Assembly (NCBI GenBank): GCA_963758915.1
Contig: CAVWXH010000016.1
Coordinates: 128,001-192,000, forward strand
DNA from: an uncultured Methanomicrobiales archaeon
GTDB lineage: Archaea > Halobacteriota > Methanomicrobia > Methanomicrobiales > Methanospirillaceae
Reading direction: 5' to 3'
DNA: 64,000 bases
Shown: in pieces, positions 52,136 to 61,204 of the stretch
Numbering within the stretch: position 1 is the first letter of the stretch
Layout: every line of letters begins with the position of its first letter
Notes under the pieces: model-generated
Seen by the model: the letters and a program-made list of their open reading frames with translations, nothing else
Database searches by the model: none
What the model was told of the DNA's origin: nothing
Position numbers and translations under genes: made by a program

Positions 52136-52482
52136 GGTTTTATTGAAACCTTCAGATGTATAAAAAAATGAGGGAATATGTTGGCCGGAGGGGTTTCATC
52201 CCTTCCCTGCCCTATTCAGATACTCCGGGCAGGGGTTTAATCAATTTTTTTACCAGTCCATTCCGTTCTGAAATATGTTCTCTCTCCCAACCGGGGTTGC
52301 CTGAGCGGCGTGGCGGTGCCCAGGGAGTATAACTAAATTTTGGAATTACTTACCCTGCATAATAGATTTAAGAGGGTTTCCCATGAAAGTGCCCGAACGG
52401 TCAGCAATATGAAGAAATTTTGAACGTGGCATTTTCATAGCCCGGGTGTGAACTTCCCGTTCATGTGTGTTTCAACAAAACC
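52136..52482 (+). repeat. Module A followed by uninterrupted module B
   Basis: GGTTTTATTGAAACC left site; GGAGGGGTTTCATCCCTTCC; CCCTGCCC/GGGCAGGG; shared junction GGGTTTCCCATGAAAG; B ends TGTTTCAACAAAACC. Confidence 0.88.
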
Positions 52483-52530
52483 TTTCATTCTTCTTTTTCC
52501 TGGCTAAAAGACCCGATTAAAAGAAAAATC

Positions 52531-52661
52531 GGCAATATTGAAACCCTTCGGTGTTATAAAAAAAGAGGGAAATATGAAAACGGGACCGATACTCCCGGGC
52601 AGGGGTTTCCCGAAGACTCATTAAATTAAGAGTATAGGGGGATAGTCTCTATCCCAACCGG
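52531..52661 (+). repeat. Second, truncated module A copy
   Basis: TATTGAAACC.TTC..TGT.ATAAAAAAA.GAGGGAA.TATG, GATACTCC.GGGCAGGGGTTT and TCTCTATCCCAACCGG repeat 52141-52294. Confidence 0.8.
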
Positions 52662-52773
52662 AACCGGGACCGGTCAGGCAGAAATGTCTGTCCCCGCGTT
52701 CCTTAATCCTGCCTTTCAAATAATATACTATATATCAGATTAACCGAAATTGGGAATATGCTGTGAAATACCC

Positions 52774-55248
52774 ATGAAACTCCAGGAAAAAACTCTTCTT
52801 GTTTTTATCGTCCTGCTCATATCGGTCCTTGTAGTCATCAGCATATTTTTTTCCACCATACTCCTTGCAAGTTACAGCGGCCTTGAAGAGCAGTATATAG
52901 AAAAAGACCTTGGCCAGGCGGTCAGCAAACTCGACGACGAACTGTTTACCATGTCGTCTATCGTGTCTGACTGGGGGCCCTGGGATGATACGGTTGATTT
53001 TGTAAACGGAAATGATCCGGAGTACCTTAAATCAAATCTCCAGCCATATGGCTTTGATAATCTCAACCTGAACCTTATTGTTCTTACCAATACCAGGGGG
53101 GAGGTCCTCTTTTCGGGTGCATACGATCTCGGGGACAAGGTGATGGTCCCGGTTCCGGCTTTCTTTTCCGGAAAACTGGAACTCAACAATCCCCTGATGA
53201 ATATGTCGGACCCCCACCAGATAACAACGGGAATTCTGATGCTGCCTGATGATCCGATGCTTGTTGTGTCGCAACCCATTGTACATTCCGATTTTTCCGG
53301 CCCCCCCCAGGGAGTCGTGATCATGGGGCGATACCTCAACAAGGCAGAAATATCGAGGCTGGGAGAACTCACACGACCCAGTCTTACCTTCACCCGTACC
53401 GATGACCCTGCCTTATCACCAGAGCTGGTTATGCATATCCGGGAGGACAGCGGGTCGGCACCGGGAATTATTGCGCAGCTGAACAGGGATGAGGTCGCAG
53501 GATATGCTCTGATTAAGGATATTTACGGGAATGACGCGCTAGTTCTCCAGATCACTGAAGCCCGTGATATCTACCACCAGGGATTAACTACCACGATGGA
53601 GGTTTTCATGATCATAATCCTGAGCGGGGTATTCCTGGGACTTGTGGTAATTATTCTGCTGGACCGGTTGCTGCTGGAACGTATGAACTCACTGGCTGAA
53701 CAGGTCTATAAGATAGGTAAATCCGGAAGTACCACGGAGCACGTGGAGATCGGTGGGGATGACGAACTCTCCGGGCTTGCAGTTGAAATAAACCGTATGC
53801 TGGATACGATCGAACTGACGCAGGCAAAGGTCCAGGCCAGTGAGGCACGGTTTCGGGGACTTGCGGAGAACCTGCCGCTGGTCATATTCGAGATGGACAC
53901 AACTGGTCGTCTTCAGTATGTTAATAAGGCCGGTGTAGAAATATTCGGGGTTACCGAAGACAAGATCGCACAGGGTATTAATATCCGGTATTATTTATCC
54001 CCTGAAAATATCGGGATGATGGAGCGGGGGCTTACAGCAGTGCTGTCCGGCACCCGGTCTCCCGGAGAGACCTATACCTTAACACGGTCCGATGGCAGCC
54101 TGATGAAGGCCATTGTATATACATCACTCATTTACCGGGAAGAGAAGGTAACCGGTTTCAGGGGAATAGTTATTGATATATCAGGACGGCTTGAGCTGGA
54201 AGAGGCGCTAAAGGACAGCGAGGAAAAATACCGGACGCTTGCCGAAAATTCAGCAGATATCATATTCTCGCTTGATATAACGGGAACATTCACTTATATC
54301 TCCCCGCAGGTATCCCGGTACGGTTACACTCCACCTGAAATTGTAGGTAAAGGGATCCAAATGTTCATACACCCGGATGACCATGCAAAGGTCCTCGATA
54401 ATTACCACCGGGAGATGAAGGACGGCTCTTCCATCGCATCAACATTCAGGATCATAGACAAGCCGGGCGCCCTCCACTGGGTGGAGGAGAACAGCAATAT
54501 AAAATTTGATGACCAGGGAAAGCCGATGGGAATGGTTGGAATCCTCCGGGATGTGACCGACCGGATGCGGGCAGAAGATGCGATAGACCTTGCCAACAAA
54601 AAATTAAACCTGATGAATAATATTACGCGTCATGATATCCTCAATACCATCAGCGGGTTATTAGGGTGCGTGGACATGGCGAACGCTACCTCATCTCCCG
54701 AAGAAAAGACCCGGCTGCTCAATGATATCAGGGACCTCACCCGCATCATTCAGCGCCAGATTGAATTTACCAGGGAATACCAGGAAGTCGGGGTCCACCT
54801 GCCGTTATGGCAGAATGTTCAAAAGGTGATCGACAAGGTTTTGCAGAATTTCGAAAAAACCGACCTTCATTTTTCGATCAATTCCGAGGATATGGAGATC
54901 TATGCGGATCCCCTGCTGGAGAAGGTGTTCTACAACCTGGTTGATAATGCAAAAAGGTACGGGGAGACTATCACGACCATAAGGATATCCACCCAGGCTT
55001 CCGGGAAAGGTACCCTGTTGATTTTCGCGGACGATGGCATAGGAATACCCGTTGATCAAAAAATCCGTATTTTCGAGCGGGGCGTGGGAAGGAATACGGG
55101 TATGGGATTGTTCCTCACCCGGGAGATACTCTCCATTACGGGCATTACGATTAAGGAAAACGGTGTTCCTGGGAAAGGGGCACGCTTCGAAATCTTGATC
55201 CCATGGGGTACATTCAGGTCTGTCAGTGACAGATTGCCACATGGTTAA
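52774..55248 (+). CDS. Membrane sensor histidine kinase (CHASE4-HAMP-PAS-PAS-HATPase)
   Basis: TM, DWGPWDDT (CHASE4), DELSGLAVEINRML (HAMP), two PAS domains, NITRHDILN H-box, NLVDNA, DDGIGI, GMGLFL. Confidence 0.92.
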   Translation: MKLQEKTLLVFIVLLISVLVVISIFFSTILLASYSGLEEQYIEKDLGQAVSKLDDELFTMSSIVSDWGPWDDTVDFVNGNDPEYLKSNLQPYGFDNLNLNLIVLTNTRGEVLFSGAYDLGDKVMVPVPAFFSGKLELNNPLMNMSDPHQITTGILMLPDDPMLVVSQPIVHSDFSGPPQGVVIMGRYLNKAEISRLGELTRPSLTFTRTDDPALSPELVMHIREDSGSAPGIIAQLNRDEVAGYALIKDIYGNDALVLQITEARDIYHQGLTTTMEVFMIIILSGVFLGLVVIILLDRLLLERMNSLAEQVYKIGKSGSTTEHVEIGGDDELSGLAVEINRMLDTIELTQAKVQASEARFRGLAENLPLVIFEMDTTGRLQYVNKAGVEIFGVTEDKIAQGINIRYYLSPENIGMMERGLTAVLSGTRSPGETYTLTRSDGSLMKAIVYTSLIYREEKVTGFRGIVIDISGRLELEEALKDSEEKYRTLAENSADIIFSLDITGTFTYISPQVSRYGYTPPEIVGKGIQMFIHPDDHAKVLDNYHREMKDGSSIASTFRIIDKPGALHWVEENSNIKFDDQGKPMGMVGILRDVTDRMRAEDAIDLANKKLNLMNNITRHDILNTISGLLGCVDMANATSSPEEKTRLLNDIRDLTRIIQRQIEFTREYQEVGVHLPLWQNVQKVIDKVLQNFEKTDLHFSINSEDMEIYADPLLEKVFYNLVDNAKRYGETITTIRISTQASGKGTLLIFADDGIGIPVDQKIRIFERGVGRNTGMGLFLTREILSITGITIKENGVPGKGARFEILIPWGTFRSVSDRLPHG

Positions 55249-55293
55249 ACATATGAGATCACCAAACAACATCATGTAGTATCATCCGGTGAA

Positions 55294-55665
55294 ATGATGG
55301 TTGAAAAATCGATACTTCTTGTTGAAGATGACGATATTATCGCCCGGGTTGCTGACTGGCGGTTGAAAAACCTTGGATATTCTGTATGCGGGCGTGCCAC
55401 AACGGGTGCAGAGGCGATGGAACTGGTGGGGAAGCATAAACCCGACATTGTCCTGATGGACATCAACCTGAAAGGCGACATCGATGGGATTGAGACTGCA
55501 GGGATGATCAAGCAGGGTTTTAACATCCCCGTGATATACGTGACTTCACATTCGGATGGTATCACGCTTGAAAGGGCGAAAGCAACGAACCCTGACGGAT
55601 TTATTGTTAAACCTTTCGATGATACCGACCTTCGCGTGGCAATTGAACTTGCACTGAAAAAATAA
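55294..55665 (+). CDS. Single-domain response regulator
   Basis: ILLVEDD, PDIVLMDINL, DGIE, VTSH, KPF. Confidence 0.93.
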   Translation: MMVEKSILLVEDDDIIARVADWRLKNLGYSVCGRATTGAEAMELVGKHKPDIVLMDINLKGDIDGIETAGMIKQGFNIPVIYVTSHSDGITLERAKATNPDGFIVKPFDDTDLRVAIELALKK

Positions 55666-55808
55666 TGGATCGAAAACACGTTTCCGGCAAGATAACACAC
55701 AATAGCTTCCGACAAGCGCTATTGGAGAAAAGGATGGTGCCCCGGCCGGGATTTAACCTGATTAACTGATTTTCCTGGTCCGGTTATAAAACCTGCGCTT
55801 TTCTTTCT

Positions 55809-55900
55809 GTTTCAACAAAGTGTGCTGTGAGCCTTTGTCTCACAGATGAACATGAAAAGGTTGCCTTTCAGATGTTTTAACGGAGTTTTTCATACCAACC
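55809..55900 (+). repeat. Intergenic module E
   Basis: TCAACAAAG.GTGCT.TGAGC.TTTG.CTCA.AGATGAACATGAA shared with 60357-60452; ends TTTCATA. Confidence 0.85.
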
Positions 55901-55906
55901 AGTATG

Positions 55907-56098
55907 TTACTTAGTTTTTCCCCACATCTCACGAATTAAAAATACCAGAAGGATAACTGAAACCCCGAGCACTGTAAGGGTGATAAACAGACTGATCCAT
56001 GACATAATTCCCTGTCGATAAATAAATGCCGACCAGAGAAACGCTACAAGTGATATAAGGGAATAAAAAATCAACCCCCTATTGTCGATTACGGCCAT
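55907..56098 (-). CDS. Small two-TM membrane protein
   Basis: MAVIDNRGLIFYSLISLVAFLWS...LIREMWGKTK. Confidence 0.65.
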   Translation of the reverse strand: MAVIDNRGLIFYSLISLVAFLWSAFIYRQGIMSWISLFITLTVLGVSVILLVFLIREMWGKTK

Positions 56099-56280
56099 AG
56101 GAGATTGTTGTATCAACCAGGGTTATTATATGTTTCCTCCCGAAAAAACCAGGATTCCATTGAAAATAATGTACATACAGAAAATAAAATAGTACGGTGG
56201 CAAACCATAGTGTCCCGACCTGAATTTGTAGAAACTCAAGATATCAATTTTTTAAAAAAAATCCAAGCTTGAGTGATGGA

Positions 56281-56355
56281 TGCTGCTATGGGGATTCGAA
56301 CCCCAGTCGCGAGCGTGAGAGGCTCGCATGATTGGCCGGACTACACTATAGCAGC
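56281..56355 (-). tRNA. tRNA-Glu(CTC)
   Basis: GCTGCTA/TAGCAGC acceptor, CGAGC-CTCTCAC-GCTCG anticodon arm, GGTTCGAATCC. Confidence 0.96.
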
Positions 56356-56533
56356 AATGTATGAATAACTGCCCAGATACATGGGTAGTGTTGTTACTTA
56401 AATATGTCTGTTATTCGTCGTTTCTCGCACACCCGGCCAGTTTTCCTGGTTAAATTCTCCTAAATGTTTCAGGTCCTCCTGCAATTCCTATACCCACAAC
56501 TATATGTGAATGATCCGGCCAATGATAGAAAGA

Positions 56534-57646
56534 ATGAGTGGCCTCGAAGATCAGATCAAGGAACTGGAGGATGAGCTCCAGAAGACACCTTATAACAAGG
56601 CCACATCCAAGCATATCGGCCGGGTAAAGGCCAAGATAGCAAGATTACGGGACGACGCCGTCAACCGGGCGATGAAGTCCGGGGGTGGCGGTGAAGGGTA
56701 CTCGGTTAAAAAATCCGGGGATGCAACTGTTGTCCTTGTCGGATTCCCTTCAACCGGTAAGAGTACCCTTCTTAACCAGCTCACCGGTGCGGAGAGCGCA
56801 GTCGGTGCCTATGAATTTACCACGCTTACTGTCGTCCCGGGTGCGATGGAATACAAGGGAGCAAAAATCCAGATCCTTGATATCCCGGGGCTTATCGCCG
56901 GGGCTGCGATGGGAAAAGGCCGTGGAAAGGAAGTAATCGGCGTTGTACGAAGTGCAGATATGATAGTGGTCCTTGTTGATGTCTTTAACCAGGGTCATGT
57001 CGACGTACTTATGAAAGAGCTCTATGATGCCGGTATCCGGATAAATAAGCCCAGGCCCGATATCACGATCAAGAAGACCTCACACGGGGGTATCCGGGTC
57101 CACAAGGTCGGTACCCTGGAACTTAATATTGAAGAAATCCGGGCTATCCTGAGCGAGAGTAAAATCATGAACGCGGATATCCTCATCAGGGGAGGTGCCA
57201 CGCAGGAAGACCTGATTGATGAGGTAATGGGTAGTCGTGTATATGTTCCCGCATTTATTGCCGTCAATAAAGTTGACCTGATAGATAACGAACAGGCAGG
57301 TGAGATAGAGGTTACTCTTGAGGAACGTTTCTCGATGCCACCGGTCATGATCTCCGCCCACACCGGCTATCACATGGAAGAATTGAAAGAGGAGATCTAC
57401 CAGAAACTCGGGTTTATGAGGCTCTACCTCCGTCCCCAGGGTGAGGAGGCCGATCTCGAAGAACCCCTTATCATCCGGTCAGGCAGCACGGTTGAAGCCG
57501 TATGCAGGAAACTGCACCGGGACTTTGTCGACCGTTTCAGGTATGCCCGCGTCTGGGGTGATCACGTAAAGCACCCCGGGCAACGGATTGGGCTTCCCTA
57601 TAAACTCCATGACGGGGATATCCTCTCGATAATCATCGAGCATTAA
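56534..57646 (+). CDS. DRG/OBG-family GTPase with TGS domain
   Basis: YNKATSKHIG, GFPSTGKS, YEFTTL, DIPGL, NKVD, TGS C-terminus. Confidence 0.95.
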   Translation: MSGLEDQIKELEDELQKTPYNKATSKHIGRVKAKIARLRDDAVNRAMKSGGGGEGYSVKKSGDATVVLVGFPSTGKSTLLNQLTGAESAVGAYEFTTLTVVPGAMEYKGAKIQILDIPGLIAGAAMGKGRGKEVIGVVRSADMIVVLVDVFNQGHVDVLMKELYDAGIRINKPRPDITIKKTSHGGIRVHKVGTLELNIEEIRAILSESKIMNADILIRGGATQEDLIDEVMGSRVYVPAFIAVNKVDLIDNEQAGEIEVTLEERFSMPPVMISAHTGYHMEELKEEIYQKLGFMRLYLRPQGEEADLEEPLIIRSGSTVEAVCRKLHRDFVDRFRYARVWGDHVKHPGQRIGLPYKLHDGDILSIIIEH

Positions 57647-57736
57647 TAAAAAAATGTTCCGATAAACAATATGCCGGTTCCTGGTCTTTTTTCCGAATAG
57701 AACAGGCCGGAAACCAATCCGGGCAAGTAACTGTTT

Positions 57737-58858
57737 TCAGCATTCCCCTTTTACCGCTTCAAGAAGCCTGGGCAGCGGTGCGGTTGTTTTTACACCGGTG
57801 CCAAGATAATGACACCTGGTAGCGGGAAATCCCATATCATGTATTCTTCCGAGCAGTTCATCCATCGGGGGTGGCGAGCGTCGCTCACGTTTCGCAAGCT
57901 GGTGGTAGTCGTAAAAACCTGCCGTTGGAAGTTCATTCCTGCAGAGTGAAAGCAGTACAGCCAGTTCCCGTGAAGTGGCAAGTTTAAGAAGTGGAAGCTT
58001 TTCAATCATGGCATCGAGGTGCGAATCTGACTGGATCCCCCCCAGCCATAACGGGCCGACCGGAATGAGGCGGGCACCGCAATATTCGCATACCTCATTC
58101 TGTGGCAGCATTCCATGTTGTTCAGTGCGGGAAGGGCATTTTTGGCACTGCAGGATGTACCCGATCGATGAAAGGGTCCGTTCAGCCGCGGGTGCACCTC
58201 TCCTGACCTGCAGGTGCAGCCGGACAAAATGCTCATGGGCAAAGCAGAACTGCGGGACAAGTCCCATATCATATTTCAATGCCTCCCGAACGACGAATCC
58301 AAGGAGTATGCGAAGGCCGGTCTCGCTATGGTACTCGTTGTTCAATGGCTGCGCAAAATATCGCCGCATACCCGCTTTTTTATGAGCGCCGCAGAGTGGG
58401 GCGGTATCAGTCGCCGTGACCATGAGGAAACGGCGTGCACTCCGGATCGCAGCATCAATAAATGGTGCCGGAGTCCCAAATGGGTCAAGGTCGACGGCAT
58501 CAAACCTCTGGCCTGACAGGAGCACATTCACATCGCTTTTTGTCACGGTGACGTTTTCAAGGCCTGAATGGAGAACATTTGTCCGGATCAAGTCAACCGC
58601 ACGTGTATCACGGTCATTGATAGTGACATTAATTCCGCATTCCTGCGCAACCCGGAGCCCCCTGACACCGGTTGCACCCATGGTATCGATATAATCCTCA
58701 GGGTGTACTACCTGGAGCAGGAGTACTGTGGCATCGCGGTTGAGCTCCATGCGCCGGTTATAAAAAACAGGTGCGGTGCCGGGAGGGAAGGCGGAATCTT
58801 CGTCCTGCCCGGGGATAAAAAAACATGTACTCCCCTCTACGGCCTCTATTAATTGCAT
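57737..58858 (-). CDS. trm1: tRNA (guanine-26-N2)-dimethyltransferase
   Basis: VFYNRRMELNRD, ATGVRGLR, DLDPFGTP, TATD, GLRILLG, GPLWLG. Confidence 0.95.
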   Translation of the reverse strand: MQLIEAVEGSTCFFIPGQDEDSAFPPGTAPVFYNRRMELNRDATVLLLQVVHPEDYIDTMGATGVRGLRVAQECGINVTINDRDTRAVDLIRTNVLHSGLENVTVTKSDVNVLLSGQRFDAVDLDPFGTPAPFIDAAIRSARRFLMVTATDTAPLCGAHKKAGMRRYFAQPLNNEYHSETGLRILLGFVVREALKYDMGLVPQFCFAHEHFVRLHLQVRRGAPAAERTLSSIGYILQCQKCPSRTEQHGMLPQNEVCEYCGARLIPVGPLWLGGIQSDSHLDAMIEKLPLLKLATSRELAVLLSLCRNELPTAGFYDYHQLAKRERRSPPPMDELLGRIHDMGFPATRCHYLGTGVKTTAPLPRLLEAVKGEC

Positions 58859-58920
58859 AATCCCTAGTATCATGAGTTTCGTTAACCTTATACCTATCCC
58901 TTGTCAATTCATATAGGCGA

Positions 58921-58995
58921 GGGCGTGTGGCTTAGCCCGGACATAGCGTCAGCCTCCTAAGCTGAATGCCGGGGGTTCAAATCCCCCCACGCCCG
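58921..58995 (+). tRNA. tRNA-Arg(CCT)
   Basis: GGGCGTG/CACGCCC acceptor, TCAGC-CTCCTAA-GCTGA, GGTTCAAATCC, T-run downstream. Confidence 0.96.
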
Positions 58996-59054
58996 TTTTT
59001 CATAAAAAATTTACTTCATCACCTTAATACGGCAGTCCGGAGAAGATCTTCACT

Positions 59055-59900
59055 ATGACAATTATGGGTTACTGGCGAATTATCAGGCCGGTAAATTCTA
59101 TTGTTGCTGGTCTTGCCGCTGCGCTTGCCTACCTGATTGCAACCGGGACCCTCATCCCGTCAGTAATCTTCCTGATTGTCATTGTAATCCTGATTACCGG
59201 AGCCGGAAACACCATTAACGATTATTTTGACCTCCCGATTGACATGGTCAACCGCCCTGACAGGCCTCTCCCATCAGGGACCGTTACCACTTCAGGTGCC
59301 CTCATTTTTGCCGGTATCCTGTTCACCGGGGGGATCTTTGTCAGTTTTTTTACGAACCCCTACTGTGCTTTTTTTGCAGTCATTAATTCGCTCCTGCTTA
59401 TCGCATATGCGAAAAAACTAAAAAGTACACCGCTTATCGGCAACCTGTCAGTCGCGTATCTCGCCGGGAGTATTTTTCTCTTTGGTGGTGCGTTCGCGGG
59501 TATATCGGGTCTTATAAACAACATGGTTATCGCGTTGATTACGATCTTTGCAATGCTTTCCAGGGAGCTCCTGAAGGATGCGGAAGATCTGCCCGGAGAT
59601 ATCGGAGCGGGAGCAAAAACATTTCCTGTCCTGTACGGTATACGCTTTACTGCCTGTCTCTCCATTATTTTTACGATTCTCGCGGTAGCAGTCAGTTTTC
59701 TTCCCTATACCCGGTGGGGTGCCTGGTACCTTGCGGGTATCATTCCTGTGGATGTCATCATCCTTTATAGTGCATGGAGGGCCTCAGGGTGCAGGGATCC
59801 TGAATGTGTAAAAGAAAGCAGTGCAACGATTTACCTGAAATACGGTATGTTTGCCTCGCTTATCGTGTTTACCCTGGCTGCACTTTTATTACAGGGATAA
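59055..59900 (+). CDS. Digeranylgeranylglyceryl phosphate synthase (UbiA family)
   Basis: IIRPVNS, GNTINDYFD..ID.VNRPDRPLPSG, RELLKDAEDLPGD..GAKT. Confidence 0.92.
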   Translation: MTIMGYWRIIRPVNSIVAGLAAALAYLIATGTLIPSVIFLIVIVILITGAGNTINDYFDLPIDMVNRPDRPLPSGTVTTSGALIFAGILFTGGIFVSFFTNPYCAFFAVINSLLLIAYAKKLKSTPLIGNLSVAYLAGSIFLFGGAFAGISGLINNMVIALITIFAMLSRELLKDAEDLPGDIGAGAKTFPVLYGIRFTACLSIIFTILAVAVSFLPYTRWGAWYLAGIIPVDVIILYSAWRASGCRDPECVKESSATIYLKYGMFASLIVFTLAALLLQG

Positions 59901-60149
59901 AAAAAAGTAAAATGTTTTGGAATGTTTAGCACGGTCCCGGCTCTCTCAAGGTCGTGATAGTTACGTGACATTACCGGTGAAAACTGGCAGTTCAGGTCAC
60001 GATACGGGATTCACCTGAATTTTCTGTCCCCTCGTATTTCCCGCACGACAGGATGATTATTCGTGATTGATTGGGAAGATACCCGGTATGCGGGAAAACA
60101 TGGCAATTAAGGAAAAAATTGCACTGCTGACATCACGTATTATTTTTTA

Positions 60150-60452
60150 AAAATAAGCGGAGGCCATTGACCGGAGGGGGTTTCAGCCTGTCCCGTCCCA
60201 CACCCGGGAAAGAGATTTTCCTGGCAGGGCTCATCCTAATTTTCAGTGATTAATGAACCGTCGCTATCCGGGCAGGACCGCCAAAGCGGCTGGGTGAAGA
60301 CCCGGGAGCGTGCGTGACATATCTGGCCTTCTGAAAATCAATACCGTGGCGTAGAAAGGATATCAACAAAGCGTGCTATGAGCATTTGGCTCAGAGATGA
60401 ACATGAATAAGGTGGCATTCTCAGAATGTTCAGCCGGAATTTCATATCAGCC
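60150..60452 (+). repeat. Module A followed by module E
   Basis: GACCGGAGGGGGTTTCA, TTTTCAGTGATTAATGA, TCGCTATCC, CCGC-CAAA-GCGG, GGGT-GAAG-ACCC GGGAGCG; junction GGATATCAACAAAGCG; then E. Confidence 0.83.
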
Positions 60453-60458
60453 AAAAAA

Positions 60459-61175
60459 TCAGAAATGATCGAGCGTATGGTACCAGGGGGATGCCTTCAC
60501 CTCATCAGGGACCGATGCGGGGTCAATGCCCATCAGTGCCACGCCAAAGACATCATCCCAGTTCACCGACGTCTCGACACATCCTTCACGTTCTGTCACA
60601 ACACCGAGGGCCACCAGGCCAAGCTTATCTGACATATCCAGGCCTTCCTTCACTTCAGAGAGACAGCCGACACCGATTATAGCCCTCGGGCGATACTTCT
60701 TCACCATACGCTTGATAAATGAGGACCCCGGGACAATAAAGAGCCTGTACCCGAGCAATTCAAGCATCCGGATCGCATCGGTAACCGTACATTGCCCGCA
60801 GTTGATGCATTTCAGTCCCTCTGGTGTGAGATTTGCAGGGCATTTTGCAGACCTCAGGCATTGTGGAAAGAATATTGCCCGTTCCCCTACCGGGATTGTT
60901 TCAAAAGCTTTCCTGCTCATGGTGTTATGGACCCGGATAAAAAATGTCATCATTTCCCTGTCTTCAATACCAAAAAGGCTGAACAGTGCCCTGGAGAACC
61001 CCTCGACCAGTACCATTCCCGCCTTTAAAAACCCCGGGAAAATTAGTTTGCCTTTCCTGATGGAATAAAATGTGAGGGCAACAAGGAAAAGTGCGAGACA
61101 AAACAGCCCGATGAGTACGATAACTGTGATCTCTCCGATTATGAATATCAGGCTTGAAAGGAGTGAATAATCCAT
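60459..61175 (-). CDS. DUF116 family protein
   Basis: N-terminal TM, FPQCLRSAKCPA, CINCGQC, VPGSSF, IGVGC, GCVET. Confidence 0.88.
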   Translation of the reverse strand: MDYSLLSSLIFIIGEITVIVLIGLFCLALFLVALTFYSIRKGKLIFPGFLKAGMVLVEGFSRALFSLFGIEDREMMTFFIRVHNTMSRKAFETIPVGERAIFFPQCLRSAKCPANLTPEGLKCINCGQCTVTDAIRMLELLGYRLFIVPGSSFIKRMVKKYRPRAIIGVGCLSEVKEGLDMSDKLGLVALGVVTEREGCVETSVNWDDVFGVALMGIDPASVPDEVKASPWYHTLDHF

Positions 61176-61204
61176 TGGTTCAGAGTAAAATGCTTGAAAT
61201 CTGA

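Noticed and set aside
44370-56280. Genomic island between the 3' ends of tRNA-Ser and tRNA-Glu
   Set aside because: No integrase, no duplicated tRNA 3' end found, no obvious composition shift; the genes look accessory but native.
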